A stretch of 64,000 bases of DNA from Podarcis melisellensis (Eukaryota): NCBI GenBank assembly GCA_964234715.1, contig OZ174284.1. One strand, written 5' to 3'. A program made the position numbers and the translations under genes. Under the pieces are notes generated by a model that worked only from the letters and a program-made list of their open reading frames with translations, had not been told where the DNA came from and ran no database searches. Below, piece after piece: positions 28,594-42,180 of this stretch (position 1 is its first letter; every line of letters starts with the position of its first letter).

Positions 28594-28793
28594 NNNNNNN
28601 NNNNNNNNNNNNNNNNNNNNNNNNNNNNNNNNNNNNNNNNNNNNNNNNNNNNNNNNNNNNNNNNNNNNNNNNNNNNNNNNNNNNNNNNNNNNNNNNNNNN
28701 NNNNNNNNNNNNNNNNNNNNNNNNNNNNNNNNNNNNNNNNNNNNNNNNNNNNNNNNNNNNNNNNNNNNNNNNNNNNNNNNNNNNNNNNNNNNN
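28594..28793. other. N-block, 200 bp
   Basis: Run of N; content not visible. Confidence 0.95.
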
Positions 28794-28903
28794 AATATGA
28801 AAAGGCAGAAGTACTATATCTCTGTGTAAGGCAACAGAGTCTGAACAAAGTTCTACCCCTAGACTCCAAAACGGGCAGATGGGCCTTTATCTGTGACTTG
28901 CCT

Positions 28904-28904
28904 T

Positions 28905-28943
<39 letters not shown>

Positions 28944-28958
28944 GTTAGTTAGTTAGTT
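28904..28958. repeat. Compound (TTTA)n(GTTA)n microsatellite
   Basis: Direct reading. Confidence 0.9.
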
Positions 28959-29812
28959 CTTTCTGGTGACGTTCCACACTTGTTAATATAACACTATGAA
29001 CAGCCAGAGACAAGATATAACAATAACCATTACTCACCAAGACCATAATGCTCAAGACCCTAAAGCTGCTCTAGAAGAGCATGTTGGCACATGTTTAGTG
29101 TAGGACCAAAGTCCGCACACAGCATGCTGGAGCACATGGTGAGGATCATGGCTCTAGTTGGCCCAGAAGTGAAAACTCAGGCTTCCTACATGGAGCCAAG
29201 AAACATTCTGGGGGGAAAAGATGACAGCCAACTGTGGCCGTTTTGCCCAACACTTGTCCTTGAGGCACCAAACTGCTCCCCACAGCCCATTGGTGTTACC
29301 ATGGTATTTGCTGCAGCATTGCCACCTGATAAGCCCCAGGGGGTGGCGGCACTGCAGGGCCAGAGCTCCCAGCCTGACTCCAAGCCTGCTGTAGTGAGAG
29401 CCCCCTGACAACTTACAGGCATTCTATATACAACCCTTAAGCCATTAGTGATAGTCTAGCTAAAGCTCTCTGACCCTGTTTTCCCCTCCTGTCATAAATT
29501 TAAAGAAAAGGGCCAAATCCACTCTGAAGGACGCTGTGTTCTTAAGCAGTGAAAACTTTCAGTGTTCTCATAACGTCGAGGGAATGTCCGACCCTCTCTT
29601 GATGATTACTAGATTTAGGACAAAACAAAGCAAAATCAATTCTTGAGCTCTGTGAAAAACAGAATTAACCTTGGGTTTGAAACCTGCATCTCTGCGGAAT
29701 ACAACTTTGTCTTTATGTAACACACACAAATTAGATTGCATAGACAATGCCCCAACTCAAACACTTCTGGCCTATTTTATAGTTCCTAAAAGGGAATGTT
29801 AAGGTACAGAAA

Positions 29813-30050
29813 GAGAGGCAGTGTGGTGTGATTGTTACAATGCTGGGCTAGAAAGGTGGGGATGGGGCAGGGCACAGGCCAGTTCAAATTTACACTAAGC
29901 CATGGCGCTTACTGGGTAATTACCACACACAGGCTCACTTTCTATACCTTAGAGCCAGTTATTATCACCCAGCCAAACCTACCTCACAGGGTTGATATTA
30001 GGTGGGAGGTCTTTGGTTAACAGGAATACTGAAAATAAATACATAAATAA
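29813..30050 (+). mobile_element. Old tRNA-derived (MIR/CORE-like) SINE
   Basis: GGCAGTGTGGTGTGATTGTT (A-box-like), AGTTCAAAT (B-box-like) and a core ACCTACCTCACAGGGTTG. A more decayed relative lies near 26060-26205. Confidence 0.5.
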
Positions 30051-30377
30051 TACACAAATAATAGTGGTTGAAAGGATGGTGTGGCAAAAGTCTTTAGTAG
30101 CAAACTTGAAAATAAAGGCCTCATCTTCTGAAGCACCTTGAGAGGGCCAAACAAGACGTCACATGGCATTCTGACATTGCTCCGTTCCTGGTTCTAACAA
30201 TGGGGGGTAGACCCCTAACAAAATTGTGGGGGCCCACAGTGCCTTGGCCCCCTAGAGCTGGTGCCTATGCTTGGAGAACAATCATAAGACTGAAGTCTTA
30301 AAGGTGAGAATTCTGAATCACCATAGTGGCAAAAGTGGCCCTGATGAAACAACAGATAGGGGGAGGTATGGAAATCT

Positions 30378-30380
<3 letters not shown>

Positions 30381-30462
<82 letters not shown>
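30381..30462. repeat. Compound (TC)25(AC)16 microsatellite
   Basis: Direct reading. Confidence 0.95.
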
Positions 30463-30464
<2 letters not shown>

Positions 30465-33400
30465 AGGTTATATTGTGTTTCCTCATAGACATCACTCAAA
30501 TAAATATGCACGGCCAAGTAAGGATCTATCAGAGGGCATTCTGCACCGAACCCAAAATATGGGCGGTAACAGCAAGCAACCTGAAATAAAAAGTCTAAAC
30601 ACCAGTAATTGCCATAGGACACAAACCAATAAATCAGACCTTCAGACTTATTTCCTTGATTGATAAAATCTTTTTAAAAGTCTGATAAGAATCAGCTATG
30701 CTTAAAGAGGAATTGCCAGTGCATTGTTGAAGATTAGATGGTTTGAAATTATGACCGAAACAGAATTATGTTGTAATGGGTTCAAGCCTTTTAAATGCTG
30801 CTCTCATATACTTTCTCACCTGACTCTTCCTTGCTTACTATGATGGCAATAGCTATGGTCTTACTCAGATGATGGGCTACATTCAGTGCACTCTACTGAA
30901 ACAGCTAAGTTGAAATCAGGTCCATAGTACGGATTTTGCCATGAGAAGAGGGTGAATCAATCAAAACCTAAATAAAGATAGCCCAGTACATTCACAATCA
31001 TTTAATTTAATATTTTCATATTTAATATGAATATAAAATTAAAGTGTCTTTTACTTTTATAACATTTAAAATAAGCACCCACTGCTTAGTAGGGAAGGAA
31101 CAACATGCACAGATCCCCTGTGGCTATGGACTTGGTCAAAACAAAGTTCATTTCCTCGTTCACTCATTCTTTATTGACCTGTCTATATCATAACCCCTAA
31201 CAATTTGGTAGGTCACTAATGGCTTGGGTGTTTTCATATTAATCCCACAATTTGATGCTTTAACATTTGCTCACAAGCTTCAGCAGTTGTTGTTCTTGTT
31301 GTTGAAATACACTGAACTGGATTGACAGGGTTTAGATAGCTTTATTCTAGGAGAAGTAATTCCAAGACAGTCCTTTTTTATATCTCTAAACCCATGTTTC
31401 TGAAATCAAGACTGTGAAAAAAGAATAGACCTTGCTTTAAAAAACAAACAACTAACAAAAGAGCAATGCATGTGCAAAACTGAGAAATATTGCTGGTCTT
31501 CTCAAAATTCTTGTAGTGCCCCTAGAAAGTCCTTGTATTATTTGCCTGGAGAGACGCGTCTATGTTCACTTCAAGTTATGATTTGGCAAAATTTTGGTAG
31601 CAACTCTAATGAAAGGTTGCAAATATGTTTAAACACGATAGATTTCTAGAAAATTTTCAAGAACAGAATGGCTCAGCAGCAGTGCTAGGTGGGGTGTGGG
31701 GTAGAGTGGCAATAGCACCCTCATGGCACAACTGCATTTACCAGGATGGGGCAAGGCGACGGTGAGATTGGGGGAGCTCTGGGTTGTGGCAGAGGTGGAC
31801 TTGTCCCATCCTGGGAAGTGCAGCACCTTCTCTGCTCAGGAGAGTGCCACTGCCACTGTGCTTTCCCTCACGCACTGCTGCAGGAATGGCTCTTCAACGT
31901 TCCTTGAATGTCAACCCAGCAAATGTCACAAGTGACAAAATACAAAATGCAAAGTTATCAGAGCCATCAACAGGATGGGTTGCAGGGAAAGAATAATTGC
32001 AGACAGAAAACCTGAGTGCACTGAAGTCAATAGACACTTTACCACTGATCTCAGTGGAACAATGAGTTCACCCACAGACCTTGACTGAACTTGGCATGTA
32101 TCCATATTGAATGGCTGTGCAAGCTGACTGCCGCTACATGCAAATTTATATCCTGACAGCCAAACCACACCTAGTATATTTTACTGACAGAAGGAGCTGG
32201 CGGATAAACACTAAGATGAAACCCTTTTTATTATTATTGAATTGAAAGGCAACTCATTGTGGGGGAATGCTACTGTTGGAATAATCTCTATCTTTGCAAA
32301 GAATGAATATACAAATCTTTTACCTGATGAATGTTTGCACAGTATACTATAGATGTTGACTGACTAATTGTGGTAAAATGATAGTCTACTTACTTATGTA
32401 GAAGGTATTTCAAAATCACAGAGGATGCTATTTATTCTTAAGAGAAAATAATTTTGATTGATCATTGTTTTGTTCTAGGTATCAAACTTTTTACAGCAAT
32501 ACAACTTCATGCGTCTGGGATGCTTTCATAACCACTTCTTTCATGACAAAGGAATTTGTGAAGCGCACTGGAAGAATCCAGTGGATAATTCTCATCCCCT
32601 GAAATAGATTTCTGCAGAAATTCAATTACTTAAATTGAAGTTCAGCTAGCTCCCTATGAAGGTTAATTCTTCACTGCCCCCCACCCAACTGCTAATTGTT
32701 CTTTAAGTCAAGGCATCCAGCATTTTTGTGTGGCTATGTTTCCATTCATGGTTGCAATGTATCAATAAGTTATATATTATTGTGGGATTCTACAGGATCA
32801 CATAAATTGATTTGGTGCCAAAAATATTGCAAGAATTAAACATTTTCACAGCCAGGCAATGAACACTAGTGAATATGCTAGAGTTCCTAGACGAATGCTT
32901 ATCAGATTCCATCGAAGCAAGAAGGCTTTCCACAGATCTGCCTGTAATTTGGGGATAATATGATGGAAGTGAAAACTCTAGCAATAATGTCAGACACTTT
33001 ACTAAAATCACTAGAAAAGACAATTTGTAAACTTTACTACTTTTGGTTTGGCTGTATTAATTTGTCTGTCCCTTTCTGTTGTGAGAACTAAAAGAAAACA
33101 CTAAGCAATATAATTTGACTCTTCTCTACATGTGGCAGCATGATGCAAGTATCCTTATGCTGGACTTAAGCAAGTAAACACTCATGGTGGTTCAGGTTCA
33201 TGCACTGTAATAGCACAAGCTGTGGCATTTTGCCAGCAATTCAGATGACACTGCCTATGCTCATGAACAGCTGAGCTTAGGATCATGAACTAAGTGAAAG
33301 TGACCGGGTCAGTATTGAGCAACACAGAATTTCTGCTACAGTTTTATGACGCATTTCAAAATAAATTGTTTGGATGTTTGTTCTATGAAGAACTGTTTGA

Positions 33401-35499
33401 AGTGTTTGCATCAAGTTCTGATTGCTGGAGGGCAAAGATTTTGTAGATTAATTAACTTTACTCACATATAAGGGTTTCACTACACTATATTTATACCTTT
33501 AACGAAGAGATGTCAAAAAACGGATGCAAACCTAAACTATCATTTTTTGATACGCCAAATATTCTTAGGATGCAATACATGCATCTGTCAATGATACACT
33601 TCTCCAAATGCTTAAATCTACTCAGAAATAAGAGTTGTGTGAGGAAAACACATTTAATGGCACGTACAGTGTGTTCTGAAAATGTCACATTAATCAGCAA
33701 AATAAAAAGTTTCCTTTCAGGGTTTTTGCCACAATAACTTCAGTCTTGAAAGAAAATCAAGCTCAAGTGGAAAACAAAGAAAAAGTGGATCCGATAAGCT
33801 AAATTTTACAAACACTCCATAGCTAGGCTTATCAAATGTCAAGAGGGGACAAAATAATATTTTTATACAGCATTTATGAAACAAATCACTAGAAAAGTCA
33901 ATGTCAAAATCAGAAGAGTTTCATGATGTTTAAAGACACCCCCTCCCATTTATAAGCTCATTATCCAATAGTGGCTCTCAAGAATAAAACTAATTTACAT
34001 TTAAAATAAGAGTATGGTCTACTCTTTAAAAGCACAGTGATAAACACACCAATTTGACAATTACATTAATATAGGTATTTGCATAATCTGCCTTCTACAC
34101 CTGTTCTTAATTTGAAGCAGCTGCAGGACAAATCACATCACAATAATCTGAATGGGTAGCTGGTTGTGCCATCCCATAATTTATGCACTCTAGCATTTTC
34201 CCTGAGGGTTATAAAAAAAAAGCATAGGAAGTCATGTGGTTTTGTGGGGTTCTGGTTTTTGTTGTTGTTGTTAGGATCATTTAGATTTAGCATTGATAGC
34301 TAAGATGGTAATGCACATTTAAGAAGAGACTTTTTTGTTTTGCTCAGTTTCCTCTAACAGTGGTCATGTTGTTGGCTTGAGAAACATTAAACCCAGCACT
34401 ATTACAGGTTATTAGACAAATGCACCTCCTACAAAGTGCATTAAGGTGATGGAAAGCTGGCCTATATAAAGCAGCAGCTTGAGTAATATTCACATGCTAT
34501 TTACACACAGAAAAATGAATCGGATAAAAGATCACTTCTTTCAAGCTGTGCTCTCTTTACAGTCACGGTTTGTCATCTTCTCCCTCTGCAGCAACAGACT
34601 GTAGTGGCAAAGATATTTTTTAAAAAGTATTTAAGTTCATATATCTTAAAAATAATTGTATATGCTTACTTATATTTAGCACAAAAGATCTAGGGAGCAC
34701 CTAGCTGAGTAGTAGGCCACCTCCCTCCAAAAGAAGTAGTAGGCCATCTCATCAACTAAGTGATTTCAAACACAATTGTGTATGTAGCAATGCAAGCAGA
34801 AAACCAAGTGGGCGCAGCTAATTATCTTAATAAGAAGTTATGTGGGGCACAGAACATCAAAATGCTCCTCTGAAGAAGGGAACAAGAACAGAGATTGCCT
34901 GTCTTTAGCAGTTCTTCTGAGGGACTGGCAAACCTGTTTATGGTTCATGTGTTTTGAACATATTTTGCATTTTGAATGATCTAAACTGGTGCATACGGCA
35001 CAACTTTCTGGGAAGAGCCAAATTCAATGGACAGATATATTCTGATCCATACATTAGTCAGAGAGGTGAGGTCAATACACATAGGAATTTGCAAAGATCG
35101 AATTCGTCAAGTGTTTCTGGCTCTTTTCTGAACACCTTCTTTGCACGTTTTGACATGCTTACAGCAAGAAACACACACAGATGTGTCCTAGCCAAAATGT
35201 TAGCGAACACAGAGAATGCCCTTTCATTCAATAGTTCCCGGTTGCTGCTACGACTAGAACACACCAGTGAGTTTAAACTCACTCGAGCAGGGAAAAGTAA
35301 GTTGAGGCAGTACACGACAAATTCTTAAAGATGGAAGCAACTTGTTTACATCTCACTCTCCCACTGAGCGGCTGCTTCACCCAGAGATGGATAGAGAGAG
35401 GGATCTGACAATTGGGAAAGACTTCACAAGTACAACCATCACTCTATTACATGGAACATACATATTTTCAGGATGCAGGCTTTGTTTACTAGCAACTTA

Positions 35500-35648
35500 G
35501 CTTTTCTAAAAACATGTTAATTGGGTATGTTTTATCTATAGAAAAAAGATACGTCTGTGTTTGTGTAGATACTTAGATGATACACAAACACAGACGTATC
35601 TTTTTTCTATAGATAAAACATACCCAATTAACATGTTTTTAGAAAAGC
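35500..35648. repeat. Perfect inverted repeat: 68-bp arms, 13-nt spacer
   Basis: 35500-35567 is the exact reverse complement of 35581-35648 (checked block by block). Spacer GATACTTAGATGA. Confidence 0.97.
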
Positions 35649-36805
35649 ATAACCAAATGCAAATATCAACAAATCACAGTAGGCAACTAAAAAGTTGTCT
35701 GCCATATAACTTCAATAGATTTTAAAATCCACTAAACAATGACCTTTCAGCTCATTGGAGAAAAGCAGTCCTCGTAAAGAAGATTTATATCTTTGTGAGC
35801 CTGTTCAATTAAATAAATAGGCTGTATTGCTGCAGTGAAATTCCTCTTAAAGGTCTTTAATAACTTTGAACATAGGAACCACAACCAGGTAGCTGTCCAA
35901 TTTAGCAACTATGCCGTGGCATCCCTGAAATCAATTGGAATTACTGAAATTTGTTTAGGAACGAAGGTTGTGCTTTAATTGTAAAGTTGCACAATATTAC
36001 ATGTAGCACGACAATGGAAACAAACTTATAATGATCAGAGGTAACTGTAGTCCAAATCTTCACAGAACCACTGGCTTTTTAAAGACACAGATGTTTTAAA
36101 ATAATTTACTTTCTGGAGTGTTCCTGTATGCTGTTATGATAGAAGCAGCCTTGACAGTGAAAATTTCTTTTCTCAGAGTATGCTCTAGAATATCATTAGC
36201 TAAGGAGATTAAGTGTGATTTAATAGCAGTTATGTTAATGATCTATAAATGTTCTTTAAAAGGATATAAAGTCACAATAATTTGTTTTAAAAAACTAGTG
36301 TAAAGAGTACTATGCAAGAAACTGTGAAAATCACATAAGATTAACAATGCCGAGTTAACTCTAAAACGTTTGGCGAAAAATTTAGCAACCAATTCCAAGG
36401 CAAGAAGATGAATGCTAGTGTTTCTGCTGCCAAGAGGGCTTTTAGTTTGTGTGAAGCAAACTATCATTCCAATAAGATTGTTAGTCTCCTAAACTATGAG
36501 CAAGAGGTTGTTTTAAAAGTAATTCATCTAAATCTAAAAAGGTATCGTATCGTCAGGAGTCTTGGTAAATGTTTCCCAAACAATGTTTTATTATTGCACT
36601 TCTAGAACCAAGGTGCAAGGTGACTTTCTCCAAAACCACTATTTAAAGTACATTACACACTTCTGTGGTGTGACCCGGTAAAAATCTGTTGTGCCAAGAC
36701 TGCTTTGTCCAGTTTAACATTTGCAGATTTTGAAAATTAGGTTGGAAACTGGAGCAATTCTGAAACAGGGGCTGAACAGTTGCCTTCAGCACTGAGTATC
36801 TATCC

Positions 36806-36941
36806 CAGGCTTTCTCAACCTCGGCCCTCCAGATGTTTTTGGCCTACAACTCCCATGATCCTTAGCTAGCAGGACCAGTGGTCAAGGATGCTGGGAATGG
36901 TGGTCTCAAAACATCTGGAGGGCCGAGGTTGAGGAAGCCTG
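36806..36941. mobile_element. hAT-type MITE
   Basis: Long TIRs CAGGCTTTCTCAACCTCGGCCCTCCAGATGTTTT / AAAACATCTGGAGGGCCGAGGTTGAGGAAGCCTG. Perfect 8-bp TSD ATCTATCC at 36798-36805 and 36942-36949. Confidence 0.9.
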
Positions 36942-38234
36942 ATCTATCCCTTCTGTTTCATTGATTATCATCAGGCCAAGGCATGGTGAAGTTGCAACAA
37001 CACAGGATAACCACTTGGGATTTGAACAGGCCACAGTTTTATTGATTACAGGCGCCAGCAGGTTTTTAGAGGCCATTGGTTGTGTACCCTGAATCAACCA
37101 ACCTGCTGCTTATTGACTATTCAGCAGTGCTAACGAAGGTTAAATGACATACATCAAATCGAGGCAACCCTTCCCCTGAGATCACCATTTTGGGGGTATC
37201 CTTGTGTAGGCTCCCCCTGCAATCTAGAACCCTGGGTGAGTATAGCAGGAACCCCTCTGTACATATTTGCCCTGAACACACAGGAAGCGGGAATAAGCTG
37301 CATGGCAACAGGGGTGGGAGCAAAAGAGAGCATCCTCACAATTCCTTTGTACTCTGCTTCCCTTCCATGTGAGCTAGGACTTTTATCTATCAAACCATTT
37401 TTTAAAGTCAGCCCTACATCTCGTGGCAATTGGTTTATAAGGTTTCCATGAGAGAAAATGTTAAAATATATATTTTTAAAGGGAAAATTTATTCTTCAGA
37501 TACAAATTAAATATATAAACCTTACATAGTGAATTTCAATTTTTAGTTCTGCATTGTACTATTATTTTATATAAAGGAATGAGGCTTCCTCATTGTATCA
37601 ACTCAAATGTGCCCCTTGGCTTTCACCTGAGAATGTGCAGTAACACCAGTGTCAGGGAGATGTCAAGATTGCAACTTTAAGACAATGTGCCACTATCAGA
37701 AGTGTCAGCGTTTTGAGAGAGTGTTAAGTTGCATTTCCACCTTGTATTATATCTCATTCCACTTTAGTGTGTGCTTAAAGTTCTTTGAAGTTACCTAGTA
37801 ATATTTCTACATCATCAGCTTAACCAATTTTCAACCTCTATTCCTTCAATTCTAACTTGCAGAAAAGACCCCCAAAATACTGATAAACGTCCAAAAAGTT
37901 GGTTTTTAACATTTTAATTCTCTTATTAAGAAATTGCAACAAAGCAATCTCGAAGGTGAAAAAATATATTGCAATTCTAAAATAGTCCATTGGAAATATT
38001 GTATAACTAGAGGCAATACAAGTATAAGAGAATCAAGGCAGTCGGTACTACAAATTTGCAGAGCATTAAGAACAATATTATACCAATTTAAGGTTTGAGC
38101 AGAACTATAATTCCGTATAGATTTCCATTGAAACTGTGCAGGAAGAATGAAAGACAAAAGGAACCACTTCACACAAAACAAAACTATAGAATTTGCTACC
38201 TAAAGGTATAGGAATGGCTGCTAATTTGGATGGC

Positions 38235-38930
38235 TTTATTTATTATTACTTGACTAGTTAGCTGCCATTACAAAAAATAGTCTCAAAGTGACCCAACAAC
38301 AAAAAAATGCCAACATATAAAAACAATTCAAAGTCAAATTTAAAATGACGTACAGAAAAAAATCCTAAAAATGATAATCAGGCCACACAATAAGTAGAAG
38401 TCCTACCCCACCCCATTAAAAGACTAGTACTGCAGTAGAGGCTCCCGGAATCACCAAAAGCCTATGTAAATCAAAATCTTTTAGCCTAACGCCAAAAATT
38501 TGACAACAATGGAACCACTTGTGTTTACCTGCAGAAAGCACAGAACAGACAAAGAGCCTCCAATTATTAGCCTGCTCTTATGTTGCCACCCTCCGTACTT
38601 CCCTTGGATGAGGTACAATGAAGAAAGATAAGACTGCAGGGTCCAAGCTGATTCAAGTGAGAATAGGTGATCCTTGATGTTTGGGGTCTTGAGAGACATA
38701 AGGCCTTATAGGCCAAAACCAGCCCTCTGAACTGAGCCTGGAAACTTTTTGGTAGCCGGTGCAGTCAGGCCAGATTTATTGCAGTATGTTCAGACCTTTT
38801 GATCTCAGTAATATGGCTTCAGAATTCTGCACTAGCTGTAGTTTCCAAACAGTCAGCCATTACTACAACACATTGCAGTAAACTAACCTAGAAATCACTA
38901 GAACACAGACAATTGAATCTGTCCAAACAG
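38235..38930 (-). mobile_element. Degraded L2 3' fragment
   Basis: The reverse complement carries DYCN-like (TTTACTGCAATGTG) and LAYKAL-like (TTGGCCTATAAGGCC) motifs. A TTTATTTATT tail at ~38235 marks the 3' end. Confidence 0.55.
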
Positions 38931-39118
38931 GCTTATCCTTCAAAAATATAACACCTTGCCATGTACAGCATGGGGGGGGGGGAATCATTCCATATTTAGT
39001 TTAAGCAAACCATGGGTCTGTTCAAGGGTCATGGTAGCTTGTCTACAATGACCAAGGAAATATATTGGGCTGCTCCTGCACACATGGCTGAGCTCTTGTA
39101 TAAAGGCATTGTTTACAT

Positions 39119-39254
39119 CAGCTCTAGGCAAACTCGGCCTCCAGATGTTTTGGGACTACAACTCCCATCATCCCTAGCTAACAGGACCAGTGGTCAGAGA
39201 TGATGGGAATTGTAGTCCCAAAAACACCTGGAGGGCCAAGTTTGCCTATGCCTG
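39119..39254. mobile_element. hAT-type MITE, related to 36806
   Basis: Same interior (ACTACAACTCCCATCATCCC...GGACCAGTGGTCA). Perfect 8-bp TSD GTTTACAT at 39111-39118 and 39255-39262. Confidence 0.9.
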
Positions 39255-40419
39255 GTTTACATGAACGGATACCACCTCCACAGTGCAGCTGTTCCACAGT
39301 GTGCTGCAGCCACTATGGAAATTGCAGCTGGTTGTGTCTCCAACACCAGTAAGCCAAAAGCAGGTGGGGTCGGAGATAGAGGCGGCCCACTCATTTCTGC
39401 CACACTCTTTCTCTCCCATCTTTTTCTTTCCTTCTACTTTCCCCACTAAAAAACCACCCCCGTGGTGTTTGGTTTAGAAAAAGGTGATGAGCCTAACTGC
39501 TAGGTCTGTGTGTGAATGGAAGTTTAGCACTATGGAAACTAGCTTGGAGTGAGCCATGGGCTCTAGAATTTGCCCTCCCATCTCCTCTTCTAGGTGTGGC
39601 TGCAAGGAAGAGAATGGAAGGATTTGCTTCCATTTTTAATTAATCACACTTATTTTTTTTTCTGGTTTATCTGAACAAGCCAGGATTGTGAACTGCCGTT
39701 TGAAGCCATCTCTTTCAGACAAGCCACGTCTAAAAACTAATCACTGTCTGTTGCAGTTCAGAGACGTAACGAAAGCCCTCAGTTGGTTTAAAACAGGGAG
39801 CAAATGATCCCAAGAGCCATCCAGCCTTGTGCCATACTGCTATTCCATGGTTCAGTGTTACACCGAAATGAGGCCAGTGTGCGCTATGGTAAACTTTTCA
39901 TGAATTTAGCTGCCAACACAGACCGCTTGCTTAAATGCTCCTCAAAATAATGAACATTTTTTCCTTAGATTATATTTATTTGGTGGATTTGTCTTTCTAA
40001 AATTTTGGAGTAAAATAAAGAATCAAGAACTGGGATTGTAATCTCTTTTTGTCCTTAAATTTTATTTACTAACTCAGCTGTGAATCTTTGCAAGAGAATG
40101 GGTGTGAATATATATATTTTCCACTTATTTTCTTGTCCCTACAGGCTAATAAAATAAACACCAAGTAATTAAACCTATAGGTACATTTAACTTTCCTCAC
40201 ACCAACTTATATAAAATGATTACTTCAATTAAGTGTTCATGCTAAACAAACAAAGCTTACCTTAGCCACCCGCTATTCCATTCAGCTTGATATTTATACA
40301 ACACGCTTGGTACACACAGAGCTTAACCCTTTGCTTTCAGGAGTCATGATTTCCTGACACATGACTTCTAATACAGAATGTTTAAGTACCAACAATAGAG
40401 GCGGGAAATATGCTGGTCC

Positions 40420-41010
40420 TAATATTTATTTTACAAACTTATATCTTGCCTGTTTTTTTTTTAATGAAAAGCCAAAGTGGTAACAACAAGAACAACAACA
40501 ACAACCAGTCATGGAAACAATTCAACCAAATTATACATCAAAACCATAGCTTGATAAACAAGGCCACAGTAAACATTACAAAAAAGCCATCAGAGTTAAA
40601 CAAAATACTGTACCAGAAAGAAGGCCTTTTAAAAGATGCATGTCTCCACCAGCCATTTAAAATAACGTAGTGAGAGGTCTGATGCAGCTTGCTTGAAAAG
40701 ACATTCCACAGTGTGGGTGCCACTGCAGAAAAGGCCCTACTTTATTCTCCGCTTCACAGTGTCAAGAGACCTAGAGCAGGAATATCAGAATATGATCCAA
40801 GTATGCAGGAAGGCTCATATGGAAGTTGATGGTCACAGGTCCCAAGCTGTTAAGGTCTTTAAAGGTCAACACCAATCAATACCTTCAATTGAGCTCGGAA
40901 GCAAACTGGCAGCCAGTGCCGATCACACACTGGTGTGATAAAATTTGAAGCGGCTAACACAAGTCAGCATCCCAATTGAAACTGTTCACACTAGTTACAA
41001 TTTTCTAAAT
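40420..41010 (-). mobile_element. Degraded L2 3' fragment
   Basis: Reverse-complement motifs GCACTGGCTGCC (HWLP), ACCTTTAAAG (TFK) and GCCTTTTCTGCAGTGGCACCCACACTGTGGAAT (AFSAVAPTLWN). Confidence 0.65.
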
Positions 41011-41409
41011 TTACCTATAGGGCAGTCTTAAATAGTCCTCTGCCACAATAGTCTTATTCTTATGTGTTACATTCCTCACAGGTTGAGGGATATTATCAGA
41101 GATAAGTGCACCAGGTTAGTTCACCATTCCCATCGGGGTGGATGGGGGAGATAACAGTGGGGGCTGTTTTCTGATTTAAAAAAATAATAATTGTGGGCTT
41201 CCCGTGAGATTTTGAATTCAGATTTTCCTGAATTCCCTCCCTAGAAATGTTTGTCTGGCCTCTCCAGCACCTACAGTTAAACGGACTCAAGGAGTAAAGC
41301 CAAGCTACAAACCTGATCTTTTCAACCCCACCCAGAACAGGTTGTAAACCCAAACCTGAGTCACACAGTCCACCCATCAACATTACTTCTGATTTGTCTG
41401 AATTAAATT

Positions 41410-41610
41410 TTAGCTTGCCCTACCCAACCAATCCTTCATACCCACCAAATAGCAGTTCAGCCTTTCTACTTCTTCCCTAAGATAAGAGGACAATTCAAAA
41501 CAGAGTTTGGTGTCATTAACACAGTGATGGCTCTGAACTCCAACTCTCTGGGTGAGTTCACCCAGCAGTTTCATGTATTTATTAAACAGTGTGGGGACAA
41601 CCCCATACGT
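41410..41610 (-). mobile_element. Degraded L2 RT fragment
   Basis: Minus ORF ...PTLFNKYMKLLGEL...HHCVNDTKLCF aligns by eye to PMLFNIFMRPLAQL...HQYADDTQLYL of the 45.5-kb L2. Confidence 0.6.
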
Positions 41611-41699
41611 TACCAATCAGTTAATTAACCAATCAAATAAAAAAGGAATATTTCTGTAACTCACTAGTTGTCATAAAGTATGGCAACGTGAATTTGGAT

Positions 41700-42180
41700 G
41701 GATCTGGAAATTGTTAAGTGGTGAGCATACTGGAGTCTTGGGTGATTAATGAGGTGGCATGTTTGTGGTGGATGACACACCAAATCATTCGAAATAGAAA
41801 AACCCAAAATGGACTGCAAAAAGCTCAAAAAATTATTTCCTCAGAGTAAGTAGGTAACGAAACGGCCAATTAGGTTCAATGTAAGTAAAGAGAAAGGGAT
41901 ACGCTTTGGGGCAAAAAGTCCTGAGTATACAAATACATGGACAAGTATATAAACTGGATGTACTAACCTAGGAAGAAGTCTTGGGGTTCAACAAAATCAT
42001 AAACTCATTGAGCAGCAGGGGTGTAAAAGGCATGCTGAATGAGGGCAGTTGTCGAAATTAAAACAACCCAAACTGACATTATGTTATATAAATCTGTGGT
42101 GTGGCCACACATGGAATATTGCATACCGTTCTAGCCACTGCATCACAAAAAGTTATCATCAAATAACAAAAGGTGCCAAC
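41700..42180 (+). mobile_element. Highly degraded CR1 RT fragment
   Basis: Remnants GATGACAC (DDT), TTCAATGTAAGTAA (FNVSK) and TTGGGGCAAAAA in CR1 order. Boundaries approximate. Confidence 0.5.
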
